A stretch of DNA of 64,000 nt from Nitrospirota bacterium (GCA_963737155.1 CAVTRN010000002.1:1824001-1888000), one strand, 5' to 3'. Positions 30,812 through 42,749 are shown, numbered from the stretch's first letter. The notes: generated by a model not told the origin, from the letters alone. Numbers and translations: made by a program.

Positions 30812-31951
30812 TTGAAACGAGCACTCATTACCGGCATCACAGGACAGGATGGATCTTACCTTGCAGAACTTCTGTTGTCAAAAGGATACGAGGTTCATGG
30901 GCTTATTCGCCGTGCAAGCACCTTTAACACTGGAAGAATCGATCATATTTATGCGGACCCCCACCTCAGCGGAACGAGACTTTTTTTGCATTACGGAGAT
31001 CTGTCGGATGGCGGCCAGTTGACTCATATCATCTATAACATCAAACCTGATGAAGTCTATAATCTTGCGGCCCAAAGCCACGTGCGGGTGAGCTTCGATA
31101 TGCCTGAATACACCGGCGACATTGTGGGCCTCGGCACCACACGTCTTCTCGAGAGCGTCCTGAGGAGCGGTATTACGACGAAATACTACCAGGCATCATC
31201 CTCCGAGATGTTCGGTGCAGCGAAACCGCCACAAAATGAGAATACTATATTTTATCCTCGGAGTCCCTACGCAGCGGCAAAAGTATACGCCTACTGGATT
31301 ACCATAAACTACCGTGAAGGCCACAATCTGTTCGCCTGTAACGGGATTCTTTTCAATCACGAGTCTCCGCGTCGCGGTGAAACATTTGTAACCAGAAAGA
31401 TCACGCGGGCAGTGGCTGCCATTCTGGCAGGGAAACAGGATAAGCTCTATCTTGGCAATCTCGATGCAAAAAGGGACTGGGGTTTTGCTCCGGAATATGT
31501 CGAATGCCAATGGTTGATGTTGCAACAGGACCGCGCTGAAGACTATGTTATCGGCACCGGAGAGAGCCACTCGGTGCGGGAGTTCGTTGAACTTGCCTTC
31601 AATTACGTCGGTGTCGAAATAGAATGGAGAGGAAAGGGAATCGGAGAAAAAGGAGTCGTCCGTTCGCAGAGGCCATCCTTGGCATCTGCGGTGAAGACAG
31701 GAGATACTCTAATTGAAATCGATTCTCGGTATTTTCGGCCCACAGAAGTTGATTTCCTTCTTGCAGATGCATCCAAAGCGAGGAAGAATCTGGGCTGGGC
31801 ACCTAAAATCGCCTTTAATGAGCTAGTTAAAATCATGGTTGACGGAGACATGGAGATGTACAATCTAACATCTCCTGGCGAAGGGAGGGGAATTTTATCA
31901 AGCAAGGACATTCACTGGACGAACAACAAACAAATGTGCGCTCTTAAATGA
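30812..31951 (+). CDS. gmd: GDP-mannose 4,6-dehydratase
   Basis: [59 protein letters not shown] start after a GGAGG RBS. Confidence 0.97.
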   Translation: MKRALITGITGQDGSYLAELLLSKGYEVHGLIRRASTFNTGRIDHIYADPHLSGTRLFLHYGDLSDGGQLTHIIYNIKPDEVYNLAAQSHVRVSFDMPEYTGDIVGLGTTRLLESVLRSGITTKYYQASSSEMFGAAKPPQNENTIFYPRSPYAAAKVYAYWITINYREGHNLFACNGILFNHESPRRGETFVTRKITRAVAAILAGKQDKLYLGNLDAKRDWGFAPEYVECQWLMLQQDRAEDYVIGTGESHSVREFVELAFNYVGVEIEWRGKGIGEKGVVRSQRPSLASAVKTGDTLIEIDSRYFRPTEVDFLLADASKARKNLGWAPKIAFNELVKIMVDGDMEMYNLTSPGEGRGILSSKDIHWTNNKQMCALK

Positions 31952-32024
31952 TTAGCACTCTGATGACGACTAATGCAGTTATAACATGATGGAAGGTTTA
32001 ATACCATCGCGGGAAGGTCTTCTT

Positions 32025-33509
32025 ATGAACAAAACATATGATGGCGCTTTCGCTGTGATCATGGCCGGGGGATCGGGAACGCGTTTCTGGCCGTTGTCCA
32101 GGGAAAAAATGCCGAAACAGCTGTTGAAAATAGGTGGGGAGGAAACGCTCATACAAGAAACAGTGAGCCGGATCCTGCCGATTACTCGGAGAGAAAATGT
32201 ATTCGTTGTAACCAACCATTCACTTGTTGATGAAATCATTACCCAGCTTGCATCGAAATTCGGGATGCCGTGGGAAGATAACATCGTACTTGAGCCTGAA
32301 GCGAAAAACACCGCACCGGCGCTCGGACTCGCAGCCCTCCACCTTGAACGACTGGACAAAGAAAGCATAATGTTCGTTCTGGCTGCCGATCACTCGATAC
32401 GCAAAGACGAAGAGTTTCGCGCGGTACTCGCGAAGGCAGCTGATGCAGCTCGGCTTGGGTATCTCGTTACGCTCGGCATCAAACCGTCCCGGCCTGAAAC
32501 TGGTTATGGATATATCAAGGCAGGTCCTCCATGCTGCGAAAAGGGAATGCAAGAGATAATGAAAGTAGAAGCCTTTGTCGAAAAACCGGAGATCGAGACA
32601 GCCAGGGGATACTTGAAGGAAGGCGGCTATTATTGGAACAGCGGGATATTTATCTGGGAAACAAAGACCCTGCTCCAGGAAATCGAAAGGCATGCTCCTG
32701 CGCTTCATGCTGGCTTGCTAGAGATCCGGGAAAATATCGGTTCTAAAAAAGAAGCTGAAGTGATCAAGCGTGTTTTCAAAAAATTAGGATCTGTTTCCAT
32801 CGATTATGCCGTCATGGAAAAAACAGATAAGGCCACCGTTATTCCTGCTGATATCGGGTGGTCAGATGTCGGAAGTTGGTCCGCGCTCGATGACGTTTCC
32901 GAGCACGACGCATCGGGGAACGTTATCGTTGGTAACGTTATAGACCTGGAAAGCAGCGGCTCCATTATTTACGCGGAAAAACGGCTGGTCGCAACCATAG
33001 GACTTAAGGACACTGTTGTTGTTGATACACCGGACGCGACGCTCGTCTGTCGGAAAGACAGGACCCAGGACGTAAAAAAAATTGTTGAAGAACTCAAAAA
33101 ACGCAAGTCAGGGGAACACTTGATCCACCGCACGGTCAACCGTCCATGGGGGTCTTACACCATATTAGAGGAAGGTGATCGCTACAAAATCAAGCGGCTT
33201 GCCATTCATCCAGGAGCAAAACTATCGCACCAGCTGCATCATCACCGAAGCGAACACTGGGTTGTCGTTGCTGGGACTGCACGGGTTACGAACGGAGACG
33301 GGGTATACGATGTGCACGCCAATGAAAGCACCTATATCCCCATTTCGACAAAACACCGTCTTGAAAACCCCGGCAGGATTCCCCTGCAGATCATTGAAGT
33401 ACAAAATGGCGAGTATCTGGAAGAGGATGATATCGTGCGTTTCGACGATGACTACAACCGTCATGCAAAAGATCGCCCTTTTTTGCCGGCACTTGCAGAC
33501 AATAAATAA
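32025..33509 (+). CDS. manC: Mannose-1-phosphate guanylyltransferase / mannose-6-phosphate isomerase
   Basis: MAGGSGTRFWPLSR, PETGYGYI, WNSGIF, SIDYAVMEK, and a C-terminal cupin (RPWG...HHHRSEHWVV). Confidence 0.95.
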   Translation: MNKTYDGAFAVIMAGGSGTRFWPLSREKMPKQLLKIGGEETLIQETVSRILPITRRENVFVVTNHSLVDEIITQLASKFGMPWEDNIVLEPEAKNTAPALGLAALHLERLDKESIMFVLAADHSIRKDEEFRAVLAKAADAARLGYLVTLGIKPSRPETGYGYIKAGPPCCEKGMQEIMKVEAFVEKPEIETARGYLKEGGYYWNSGIFIWETKTLLQEIERHAPALHAGLLEIRENIGSKKEAEVIKRVFKKLGSVSIDYAVMEKTDKATVIPADIGWSDVGSWSALDDVSEHDASGNVIVGNVIDLESSGSIIYAEKRLVATIGLKDTVVVDTPDATLVCRKDRTQDVKKIVEELKKRKSGEHLIHRTVNRPWGSYTILEEGDRYKIKRLAIHPGAKLSHQLHHHRSEHWVVVAGTARVTNGDGVYDVHANESTYIPISTKHRLENPGRIPLQIIEVQNGEYLEEDDIVRFDDDYNRHAKDRPFLPALADNK

Positions 33510-33539
33510 ACATTCCCACGGGGAGTTTCACCATTGACT

Positions 33540-34943
33540 ATGATAAATCCCGATATTTTTAGAGAATACGATATTCGCGGCATCGCAGAGCGCGATCTGA
33601 CGTCGCCCGTAGTAGAGGCGTTAGGACATGCTTTTGCTAAATATGTGAAATCCAGGGGCATCAATACTGTTACCGTTGGCTATGACGCTCGTGAGAGTTC
33701 CGAACGAATCTGCAAAGATATCGTACAGGGACTCACCGCGGAAGGAGTAAATGCTAAAATCCTCGGTCTTTGCCCGACGCCAGTACTGTATTTTTCACTT
33801 TTTCATCTAAATCCTGGAGCCGGCGTGATGATCACGGGAAGTCACAATCCCGCCGAGTTCAACGGCTTCAAGCTCTGCATCGGCAAAGATACGATTTACG
33901 GTGATGACATTCAAAAACTGAAAGAAATGATGACCACCGGATCGCCTGGTGATGGGAAGGGCATGATATCACAAAACCCCATCCTTCCCGATTATCTAAG
34001 TTGCCTCCAAAAGAAATTCACCACGGGGAGCAACATCCCCGTAAGAGTCGTTCTCGACGCCGGAAATGGCACTGCTGGCCTTGCTGCCCCTGAAATTATT
34101 CGGGCAATGGGTTGTGACGTTATAGAACTTTATTCCGAACCTGACGGCAAGTTTCCCAACCACCATCCAGATCCCACCATTCCCGGGAATCTTTCCGCCC
34201 TGATCGAGACCGTTCGCAGCAGAAAAGCAGATGTAGGCATAGCTTTTGACGGAGATGCAGACAGGATTGGTGTTGTCGATGAGCACGGATCGATTCTCTG
34301 GGGTGATCAGCTCATGGTGATATTCTCCCGCGATATTCTCAAAAATCAGCCGGGGGCGATTTTCGTATCAGAGGTCAAATGCTCTCAAACCATGTACGAT
34401 GACATCCGCAGTCACGGAGGCAACGTGGTCATGTGGAAAACGGGCCACTCCCTGATCAAGGCGAAAATGAAGGAACTCGGCGCTGCTATGGCGGGAGAGA
34501 TGAGCGGCCACCTCTTCTTCGCTGACCGCTACTTCGGCTATGATGACGCCATCTATGCCGCATGCCGGCTTGTAGAAATACTCATAAAGATGAAGTTGAA
34601 CAACGGTGGGGAGGCACATCTGAGCACGCTGCTCTCTGATCTTCCAAAAACATTCAATACCCCCGAGATCCGTATTGATTGTCCTGATGCAATCAAGTTT
34701 AAAGTTGTCGAGAAAGCAAAAGAGATTTTTACAACAGGCAATGACCTGCCCGTACGTCCCAAGGAAGTCATCACCGTCGACGGCGTACGGGCGATATTCA
34801 ACAGCGGGTGGGGGCTAATTCGTGCGTCTAACACCCAGCCTGTTCTCGTCATGCGTTTCGAAGCAAAAGATGCGGGCTCGCTTGCGAAAATCCGGGACAT
34901 GATGGAACAAATAGTAAAATCGGTAATTGCCGGCCTGATATAA
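33540..34943 (+). CDS. algC: Phosphomannomutase/phosphoglucomutase (AlgC-like)
   Basis: FREYDIRG, ITGSHNP, FDGDADR, GEMSGH, RASNTQP. Confidence 0.93.
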   Translation: MINPDIFREYDIRGIAERDLTSPVVEALGHAFAKYVKSRGINTVTVGYDARESSERICKDIVQGLTAEGVNAKILGLCPTPVLYFSLFHLNPGAGVMITGSHNPAEFNGFKLCIGKDTIYGDDIQKLKEMMTTGSPGDGKGMISQNPILPDYLSCLQKKFTTGSNIPVRVVLDAGNGTAGLAAPEIIRAMGCDVIELYSEPDGKFPNHHPDPTIPGNLSALIETVRSRKADVGIAFDGDADRIGVVDEHGSILWGDQLMVIFSRDILKNQPGAIFVSEVKCSQTMYDDIRSHGGNVVMWKTGHSLIKAKMKELGAAMAGEMSGHLFFADRYFGYDDAIYAACRLVEILIKMKLNNGGEAHLSTLLSDLPKTFNTPEIRIDCPDAIKFKVVEKAKEIFTTGNDLPVRPKEVITVDGVRAIFNSGWGLIRASNTQPVLVMRFEAKDAGSLAKIRDMMEQIVKSVIAGLI

Positions 34944-34963
34944 TTGCTTATGACTGAGAGGAC

Positions 34964-35683
34964 GTGCATATGGATTCAAACGGGCCCGGTGGCTTCACGC
35001 TCACCATTGTGATCCCCTGCTATAACGAAAAAAAAACAATAGAACAAATAATAAACGCCGTAAGCCTCTCCCCAGTTGAACGAAAAGAAATTATCGTAGT
35101 GGACGATTGTTCAACAGACGGAACAGTGGATATTCTGAAACAGAAAATATCGCCCCTCGTTTCTAAGGTGATTTACCATACTCACAATCGGGGAAAGGGG
35201 GCCGCGCTCAGGACCGGTATTGAGGCAGCAACTGGTGATTTCGTAATTATTCAGGACGCCGACCTCGAATACGATCCCCAGGAGTTTTCGTTGTTGCTGG
35301 AGCCGCTGTTACAGGGCAAGGCGGATGTGGTGTACGGTTCTCGTTTCATGGGCGGAAGACCGCATCGCGTCGTTTATTACTGGCATTCACTGGGGAACTG
35401 GGTTCTTACGATCCTATCAAACATGCTTACTAATATCAACCTGACCGACATGGAAACCTGTTACAAGGTTTTCCGCCGCGAAATAATCCAATCGATTAAA
35501 ATTGAAGAGGACCGTTTCGGATTTGAACCCGAGATAACGGCAAAAGTTGCAAAAAAACACTGCCGTATTTTTGAAGTTGGTATATCTTACTATGGAAGAA
35601 CCTACTCCGAAGGTAAAAAAATCGGATGGCTGGACGGCTTCAGGGCGATCTACTGCATTCTCAAATACAATCTGTTGCGATAA
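34964..35683 (+). CDS. GT2 DPM1-like polyprenol-phosphate glycosyltransferase
   Basis: [48 protein letters not shown]. Confidence 0.9.
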   Translation: MHMDSNGPGGFTLTIVIPCYNEKKTIEQIINAVSLSPVERKEIIVVDDCSTDGTVDILKQKISPLVSKVIYHTHNRGKGAALRTGIEAATGDFVIIQDADLEYDPQEFSLLLEPLLQGKADVVYGSRFMGGRPHRVVYYWHSLGNWVLTILSNMLTNINLTDMETCYKVFRREIIQSIKIEEDRFGFEPEITAKVAKKHCRIFEVGISYYGRTYSEGKKIGWLDGFRAIYCILKYNLLR

Positions 35684-35710
35684 CAGTTTGACATAGCGGC
35701 TGGTGTTTTG

Positions 35711-35739
35711 TTGACAACCTGTGGTATATAGTATAGAAT
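35711..35739 (+). promoter_or_regulatory. Putative sigma70 promoter
   Basis: TTGACA-N17-TAGAAT, near consensus, upstream of the FGE relic and the YIP1 gene. Confidence 0.6.
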
Positions 35740-35866
35740 TTTTCTAATTGGACGCGGTAAATCGTCATTAAAGGATTTTCCGTTGGGCCGATACTTTATC
35801 AGAATACACAATGCAAAACCCCTTGACGATTTCTCCCCTTAATTTATATCTGACTAAGGAGAAAAA

Positions 35867-36195
35867 ATGATCCTTCACAAAAAGCAAATCGGATATCGCT
35901 CCTATGCATGGCATGAAGACAATTTCCAACGTGTCTCCCTTCCGCTGGGACATTAAAGGCACACATTGCGCTAGGCGTTTACGATGACGGAAAAGGTGTT
36001 TGAGTGGGTCTAGGGCTGGCATGACAGCAGTTATTACGAAGAAAGTTTGTTGGGCGGTCTTAGATGTGGGTGCCCGAGTTTAAAGCGGCGACTCCTAAAA
36101 TGACAAAGCGAAAGATTTCCAAACGGTAAAATGCGAAAAGAAATCGAACTGCAGGAGCGACCCTACAATTGGATTCCGCCTCGTGCTCTCGGCAC
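35867..36195 (+). pseudogene. Decayed FGE-sulfatase (SUMF1/EgtB/PvdO, CLec-fold) gene
   Basis: Collinear motifs across frameshifts and stops: YAWHEDN...LPLGH, ALGVYD/MTEKVFEWV*GWHDSSYY, a GG-S-stop remnant of RGGSW, and terminal TIGFRLV (IGFRLV at 36168-36185). Confidence 0.7.
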
Positions 36196-36237
36196 GGGAG
36201 CCTACTCCATAGTCTCGCGCGTCACGAGGAATGATTA

Positions 36238-36993
36238 ATGTTCTGTCCCCATTGTGGAAAAGAAGTAGCTGACGACCAGACATACTGCCAACACTGCGGT
36301 ACTCTACTTGCCGAACCGGCAACTCCCGTTTCCGCCGTAAGAAAGAGAACTGCCTGGGAGGATCGTGATAATTCCGGTTTTCTGACAGGAATACTCAGGA
36401 CCTTAAAAGAAACACTTTTTGCTCCTTCCCGATTTTTCAAACAGATGGCAGTTACCGGCGGCCTGACTGATCCGCTGCTGTATGCCATGATTGTTGGAAC
36501 GATGGGCATCACATTTTATTATTTATGGGATATTTTTCTTCATGCTTCCCTGCGAAGTTTCATGACCTCCGATCTTCTGACGGCTGCGGATCGGAACCCT
36601 ATCAGCAAAATGGGCACGGCGACCGTGGCTGTCTTGACGCCTTTTGTGCTCATCTTCTGGATGTTTATTGTGTCGGGATTGCTGCATCTGTTTCTGCTTA
36701 TAGTCCGAGGAGCGCGATCTGGCTTCGAAGCAACCTTCCGTGTCGTCAGCTACAGCATCTCACCATTCGTGTTTCTGATTATCCCTTTTTGCGGAATGTT
36801 GGTTACCTCTTTATGGATGATGATTCTTGTCATCACAGGCCTGAAAGAGGCCCACGAAATATCGCGCGGAAAAGCGACCTTTGCCGTTCTCTTTCCCTTT
36901 TTCTTCTGCTTCGGATTTTTTATCTTGGCTATTGCTTTATTTATGAGCGCCATAGCCGCATCTTTTGGCTGGATAATTAATATGTCCCATTGA
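36238..36993 (+). CDS. Zinc-ribbon + YIP1 family membrane protein
   Basis: MFCPHCG...YCQHCG, WE..., LFAPSRFF, FEATFRVVSYS, IIPFCG; multiple transmembrane helices. Confidence 0.85.
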   Translation: MFCPHCGKEVADDQTYCQHCGTLLAEPATPVSAVRKRTAWEDRDNSGFLTGILRTLKETLFAPSRFFKQMAVTGGLTDPLLYAMIVGTMGITFYYLWDIFLHASLRSFMTSDLLTAADRNPISKMGTATVAVLTPFVLIFWMFIVSGLLHLFLLIVRGARSGFEATFRVVSYSISPFVFLIIPFCGMLVTSLWMMILVITGLKEAHEISRGKATFAVLFPFFFCFGFFILAIALFMSAIAASFGWIINMSH

Positions 36994-37432
36994 GGGACAA
37001 CACTTGCAATACACGGCAAAATTTAATATCGGAAAGCCAGCCAGAGAAAATACTATCTTATCAAAAGCGAAGTAGAAGACCACGGGCGCCATTCGTAACG
37101 ACTTCCAAAGATAACCGGATGCTTAATATATGCCTGAACGCCAGCCGCAATCTTTATAATGCTTACTGGAGATGCCTTATCCCCCATTTCTGCAACGCCT
37201 AGATCCAAAATATGGCAGGCAGCCCGTAAAATGCATACCGTCCACAAGATAGATAATTGCATCACCATGAAAGAATCAATTCCAGCAAAGATAGCGTTTC
37301 GGCATTACTTTTAGCGGACTTTCATGGGGAAACAAACCTGTTCTTGAGATCACCTTGAAAAGTAGAGGCAAACAAAGGACTCAAACGCAGTATTTTTTAG
37401 CAATGCGCGTGTTAGAAGTGAAGGAGGATTCG

Positions 37433-38518
37433 ATGAGACAGAAAGGTATATTTGCGTTGACAACGACTGCAGTTCTGCTGGTTGTTTCTCTGTCCACATG
37501 TTTAATGGGATGCCGAGGGCATGGGGCAAACGGCGTGGGAGTATCACCTTTCCCAACAGTGCTGAATTCGTTGACATTTCCGACCGGTGCTAATCCGGAG
37601 GTCATTGCTATAGACACCTCGGGGAATGCATGGGTAACAAATTTCAGCAGTAACACCGTATCGGTATTAAGTTTATCTACCGGTACAGTGCTTAATACAT
37701 ACCCAACCGGCACGAATCCATCCGGCATTGCCATCGACTCGTCGGGCAATGTATGGGTAACAAATTATGGTAGCAACAATGTTACAGTGTTAAGTTCCAT
37801 CACCGGATCGCTGCTTTACACCTACCCGACCGGCACCGGGCCGCGGGGCATTCAAATTGACTCATCAGAGAATGTGTGGGTGGCAAACTACGGTGGTGGC
37901 AGCAATCCTCTTGGCAACACAGTTACACTGTTAAACTCCAGCGGAACACTGCTCGGCTCATTTCCGACCGGCACTGGGCCTTGGAACATTACCATAGACT
38001 CCTCGGGCAACGCATGGGTAACAAATTTAGGAGACAGCATTGCGCCTGGCAACTCGGTTACAGAATTAAGCTCTAGTGGGGAAGTTCTCGGCACTTTCAC
38101 GGTTGGTTCGGAACCAGGAAGTATTCAAGCAGACCCATCGGGTAATCTATGGGTGACAAACAGCGGCGATAGCACGGTTACAGAATTAAGCTCTGTTGGG
38201 ACAACCATCAACACCTTCACGGTTGGCAGTAGTCCATTTGGCGAAGCAATAGATAAAGACGGCTTTGTATGGCTAACAAGTTTAGATTTAATAGAAAACA
38301 ATAATACGACCAGCGTTCCTGGTGACACCATTTTAGTATTAAGTCCCAGTGGGGTGCCAATTAATAGCTTTAGTGTTGGAATTTATCCGAATGACATCGA
38401 AATAGACAACGCAGGTAACGTCTGGGTAGCAAATTATGGTTCTAACACCGTTACTGTTTTGAAGGATGGATCAACAACACCGGGATTTCATCCATATCAG
38501 GGTCCCGTTTGGCCGTAA
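37433..38518 (+). CDS. Secreted/lipoprotein 7-blade NHL/YVTN-like beta-propeller
   Basis: AAGGAGG RBS, signal peptide with LMG-C lipobox, and seven ~40 aa repeats of the form [FY]xxGxxPxxIxxDxxGNxWVxN. Confidence 0.85.
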   Translation: MRQKGIFALTTTAVLLVVSLSTCLMGCRGHGANGVGVSPFPTVLNSLTFPTGANPEVIAIDTSGNAWVTNFSSNTVSVLSLSTGTVLNTYPTGTNPSGIAIDSSGNVWVTNYGSNNVTVLSSITGSLLYTYPTGTGPRGIQIDSSENVWVANYGGGSNPLGNTVTLLNSSGTLLGSFPTGTGPWNITIDSSGNAWVTNLGDSIAPGNSVTELSSSGEVLGTFTVGSEPGSIQADPSGNLWVTNSGDSTVTELSSVGTTINTFTVGSSPFGEAIDKDGFVWLTSLDLIENNNTTSVPGDTILVLSPSGVPINSFSVGIYPNDIEIDNAGNVWVANYGSNTVTVLKDGSTTPGFHPYQGPVWP

Positions 38519-39007
38519 TGATGTTATTACAGTTTTAGGATTATTTGCCCCAGAAGCTCAAAGGCTTCCGGGATATTAGTGTTACTCTTGTGAGACTTAA
38601 ACGAAGTTTGTGTCGTAGCTCCTTATCAATTCTCGAAATAGCCAAGTGTCCGACTCTTGAGAACTGTTAGGTTGCAGTAGGCGTACGGTGAATAACCAAT
38701 CGATACTTTGTTTTATTCTTCTTTACCTTGAAACTCTGTCTCTTCAGAGCGGGGATATAATGCTCTGGTTTGTTATCGACCGCTATAATTAATTTTTCAG
38801 AGAGGTTAATATTTGCTCATTTATTATTAAAACATCATAATGATAGTGGCTTCACCAGCTGCGCACTATATCACCGCAATGAAAAGAGACGGTCTTACGT
38901 TGCAAACGATAATATTATTTACATTTTCAAACCATTATGTTAAAATAACTATCTTTTTAAAATAGGCATGAATATCCTTTATATTTTCAGTCGTTAGGGG
39001 GCTAACC

Positions 39008-39952
39008 GTGAGCCAGGTAGTGATCGGCGTCGACCTCGGCGGTACCAACATGAGGACCGCGCTCCTGAGCTCGGATGGCGTGATCCTGGACAGGCATAAA
39101 GTGGCAACGCACGCTGTTGCGGGGTGGAAAGAGGTCGTCGCTCAACTCGTTAATAACATTGTTCAACATCAAAAAATAGCGATTGGGAAGGGCCTGACCG
39201 TTGTGGCGGCCGGTATCGGTGCGCCTGGTGTCATACAGATGGACAGAGGGATCGTGGTCAAATCTCCCAATTTCCCGGACTGGAACAATCTTCCGCTGAA
39301 AGAAGAACTTGAAAAAGCGCTCCATATGGCTGTCTTTGTCGAAAACGACGCCAATGCCGCCGCACTCGGAGAACAGTGGCTCGGTGCCGGCCGCGGCATA
39401 AATAGCATGATCCTGCTGACGCTCGGTACGGGCGTTGGCGGAGGCATCGTTCTGAACAACCAGATATGGCAGGGTGCCGACGGGATGGCTGGCGAAATCG
39501 GCCACATGACGTTGATTCCCGATGGAAGATTATGCGGCTGCGGTAACAACGGTTGTCTTGAAATGTATGCCTCGGCGCGTGGCATTGTGCAGAGTTATCG
39601 GGACGAAATCAAATCCGCTGCAATCGCCTCGTCTGGGGAGTTATCTTCTGAGCAAATCTACCAAGCAGCGCGTGACGGCGAAACGGTCGCATGTAAAGTG
39701 ATGAAGGAGATGGGACGCATGCTGGGCATCGGCATAGCGAACCTGATCAATATTTTTAATCCGCAGATGATCGTACTGGGCGGAGGAGTTAAGGATGCCT
39801 GGAAGCTTTTCATCGACGCAACTCAGGAAGAAGTTATGAGGCGGGCATTCAAGATCCCTGCCGAACGTACAAAGATTGTTCCATCCCTGCTTGGAGACGA
39901 TGCCGGGATGGTCGGTGCCGCCGCGGTTGCATTGCAAAAAATAATCGCATAA
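39008..39952 (+). CDS. ROK family sugar kinase (glucokinase)
   Basis: [42 protein letters not shown]. Confidence 0.92.
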   Translation: MSQVVIGVDLGGTNMRTALLSSDGVILDRHKVATHAVAGWKEVVAQLVNNIVQHQKIAIGKGLTVVAAGIGAPGVIQMDRGIVVKSPNFPDWNNLPLKEELEKALHMAVFVENDANAAALGEQWLGAGRGINSMILLTLGTGVGGGIVLNNQIWQGADGMAGEIGHMTLIPDGRLCGCGNNGCLEMYASARGIVQSYRDEIKSAAIASSGELSSEQIYQAARDGETVACKVMKEMGRMLGIGIANLINIFNPQMIVLGGGVKDAWKLFIDATQEEVMRRAFKIPAERTKIVPSLLGDDAGMVGAAAVALQKIIA

Positions 39953-40064
39953 GTGGCCGTTGAACAGGGTCCCGGAAATATTCAAAAATACTCGTCTCAA
40001 TGACCCGAACGGAACGACTGGCAATAATCGAACATGGTTGTTCATGATAGGGCTTCAATATATT

Positions 40065-41876
40065 ATGGCCAGTACGAATATTAGAAATTTCTGTATCATA
40101 GCGCATATTGACCACGGCAAATCAACTCTTGCGGACAGGATTCTTGAGTATACCGGGGCGCTTTCGGATCGGGAAATGGCGGCGGCAGGCAGCGACCAGG
40201 TGCTTGATGACATGGACCTCGAACGCGAGCGCGGTATCACCATTAAGGCACACGCGGTACATCTCCGGTATAAGGCCGCTAACGGCGAGGATTACATCCT
40301 GAATCTGATCGACACTCCCGGGCACGTGGATTTTACCTATGAGGTTTCCCGCAGCATGGCCGCCTGTGAGGGTGCGCTTCTCGTGGTGGATGCTTCTCAG
40401 GGCGTAGAAGCGCAGACTCTCGCCAATGCTTATCTTGCCATCGACCATAATCTTGAGATGATCCCGGTAATCAATAAAATCGACCTGCCCAGCGCAAATA
40501 TCGATGAGGCAAAACGCCAGATAGAAGATATCGTCGGGCTTGACGCATCGGGCGCCATTCCGGCAAGCGCCAAGATGGGGATCGGTACAAAAGAAATCCT
40601 CGAAGCCGTGGTAAAGCACATACGAGCGCCAGCGGGGAATTCAGACGCCCCGCTTAGGGCACTCCTATTCGATTCCTGGTACGATATCTACCAGGGAGTT
40701 GTAATCCTGGTTCGCGTGGTCGATGGGACCGTGAAACCTAGGATGAAAATCAGGCTTTATTCGAATGCTGTTGAGTACGAAGTTCAGTCTGTCGGGGTCT
40801 TCACGCCCAAGATGCAACTGACAACGGAACTTTCCCAAGGCGATGTAGGATGCATTGTCGCCGGCATCAAGCGGGTTTCGGACGCCAAGATCGGCGATAC
40901 GGTCATGGACGCCAACCGGCTAGCCGACGCACCGCTTCCGGGTTATAAAGACGTGAAGCCTATGGTCTTTGCCGGCATTTATCCTGTGGACAGCGACGAC
41001 TATGCCGATCTGCGCGACGCACTTGAGAAATTGAGGTTGAATGATTCCTCGTTTAGCTATGAACCGGAAACATCGCTGGCCCTCGGCTTCGGTTTCCGAT
41101 GCGGTTTTCTCGGCCTCTTGCACATGGACATCGTCAAGGAGCGGCTTGAGCGCGAATTCAAACTCGATCTCATTCCTACGGCACCGACGGTTGTTTACCG
41201 CGTAACAAAGAACAACGGCGATATCATGATGGTGGACAACCCCGCCAAGTTACCGGCCCTTCAGGACATTCAACACATCGAGGAACCCATGATTATAGCG
41301 TCGATCATCACGCCAGAGCAATATGTGGGCGCTCTTATCGCGCTGTGTCAAGAACGCCGAGGCACACAAAGAGAGATTACCTATATCACGAAGGATCGCG
41401 TGCTCATTAGCTATGACCTACCGCTGAACGAAATCGTGATGGATTTCTACGACAGGCTGAAGTCGCTGACCAAGGGCTATGCGTCGCTTGACTATGATCT
41501 CTCGGGTTACGTGGAGTCCGACCTCGTAAAGCTCGACATGTTGTTGAACGGAGAACCGGTAGACGCGCTTTCTCTCATTACCCATCGCGATAAATCTGCA
41601 ATGCGCGGCAGGCAACTTGCTGAAAAACTCAAGGAAGTGATCCCACGTCAAATGTATGAAGTGATCATTCAGGCGGCGATTGGCGCCAAGATCATCGCCC
41701 GCGAAACGGTCAGGCCTCTCCGCAAGGATGTAACGGCCAAGTGCTACGGCGGAGACATAACACGAAAACGAAAACTGCTGGAAAAACAGAAAGAAGGCAA
41801 AAAACGCATGAAACAGGTAGGAAGCGTAGAACTCCCACAGGAAGCCTTCCTCGCCGTCCTCAAAGTAGGGGAATGA
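40065..41876 (+). CDS. lepA: Translation elongation factor 4
   Basis: [53 protein letters not shown]. Confidence 0.98.
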   Translation: MASTNIRNFCIIAHIDHGKSTLADRILEYTGALSDREMAAAGSDQVLDDMDLERERGITIKAHAVHLRYKAANGEDYILNLIDTPGHVDFTYEVSRSMAACEGALLVVDASQGVEAQTLANAYLAIDHNLEMIPVINKIDLPSANIDEAKRQIEDIVGLDASGAIPASAKMGIGTKEILEAVVKHIRAPAGNSDAPLRALLFDSWYDIYQGVVILVRVVDGTVKPRMKIRLYSNAVEYEVQSVGVFTPKMQLTTELSQGDVGCIVAGIKRVSDAKIGDTVMDANRLADAPLPGYKDVKPMVFAGIYPVDSDDYADLRDALEKLRLNDSSFSYEPETSLALGFGFRCGFLGLLHMDIVKERLEREFKLDLIPTAPTVVYRVTKNNGDIMMVDNPAKLPALQDIQHIEEPMIIASIITPEQYVGALIALCQERRGTQREITYITKDRVLISYDLPLNEIVMDFYDRLKSLTKGYASLDYDLSGYVESDLVKLDMLLNGEPVDALSLITHRDKSAMRGRQLAEKLKEVIPRQMYEVIIQAAIGAKIIARETVRPLRKDVTAKCYGGDITRKRKLLEKQKEGKKRMKQVGSVELPQEAFLAVLKVGE

Positions 41877-42019
41877 CGTACGTGTAAATTCGAAGAAAAC
41901 GTTATGCCGGTTTTTTGATCGAAGGCGTAAATGCGCTGACACAGATTTTCCATGTTCGTTTTAAGAAGGCATGCTGCATTCTGCGGACTACGGCTAGAAA
42001 CAAGGGTAACGGAGGAATA

Positions 42020-42733
42020 ATGTCAACGCTTCAGACGGAAATGCATAAAAAAAAGTCAGTTTACAAGGAATGGATTGAGCCTTTTCTCATCGCGGCTGTT
42101 GTTGCCCTTTTTATCAGGCAATTCGTCGTGGAAGCGTTCAAAATCCCTTCGGGATCGATGATCCCTACGCTGCTGGTCGGCGATCATTTACTAGTAAATA
42201 AATTCATCTACGGGCCTCGGATTCCCTTTTCCGACACCAGACTTTTTACTTGGGAACAGCCGAAGCGGGGAGATATTATCGTCTTTAAGTATCCCGAGAA
42301 CGAATCAAAGGATTTTATCAAGCGTGTAATCGGACTGCCAGGCGATAAGATAGAAATCAAGGACGGCGTGCTTTTTATCAACGACCAGATGGTGAAGGTC
42401 AAGGACCTGAGCCCTTACAATGACAAGGAAGGCGATCAGGAAACGAATACATCCTATTACCAAAAGCCAGAACTGCTCCAGGAACAACTGGGCGCTGTCA
42501 GTCATCAAATTCTGTACCTTCACGACCAGTCTGGATATAATTTTGGTCCAATCCTGGTGCCTAAGGATTCCTATTTCGTGATGGGCGACAACAGAGATAA
42601 CAGTATGGACAGCCGGGTCTGGGGTTTTGTCAGTGAGAACAAAATCCTTGGGAAGGCACTGATCATTTACTGGTCTTGGGACGGGAATGACCACTGGGTG
42701 CGCTGGGATCGAATCGGGTCTCTCATTAAATAG
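42020..42733 (+). CDS. lepB: Signal peptidase I
   Basis: IPSGSMIPTL, RGDIIVF, FIKRVIGLPGD, MGDNRDNSMDSR; follows lepA. Confidence 0.96.
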   Translation: MSTLQTEMHKKKSVYKEWIEPFLIAAVVALFIRQFVVEAFKIPSGSMIPTLLVGDHLLVNKFIYGPRIPFSDTRLFTWEQPKRGDIIVFKYPENESKDFIKRVIGLPGDKIEIKDGVLFINDQMVKVKDLSPYNDKEGDQETNTSYYQKPELLQEQLGAVSHQILYLHDQSGYNFGPILVPKDSYFVMGDNRDNSMDSRVWGFVSENKILGKALIIYWSWDGNDHWVRWDRIGSLIK

Positions 42734-42749
42734 ATGAGCGGAGAGTTGA

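Noticed and set aside
31952-31978. CIRCE/HrcA operator
   Set aside because: Only the left half TTAGCACTC is present; the right half GAGTGCTAA is missing and the context (gmd-manC) is unrelated.
35955-36040. c-di-GMP-I (GEMM) riboswitch-like words (GGCACAC...GGTCTAG...ATGACAGC)
   Set aside because: There is no GAAA-tetraloop P2 stem or GCAAAGC junction, and the same bases are better explained as FGE-sulfatase coding remnants.
35867-36195. Active diversity-generating retroelement
   Set aside because: No reverse transcriptase, Avd, or TR/VR repeat pair was found in the window.
37570-38460. CRISPR-like periodic repeats (about 120 nt period)
   Set aside because: The repeats are degenerate, in frame and encode propeller blades; no cas genes.
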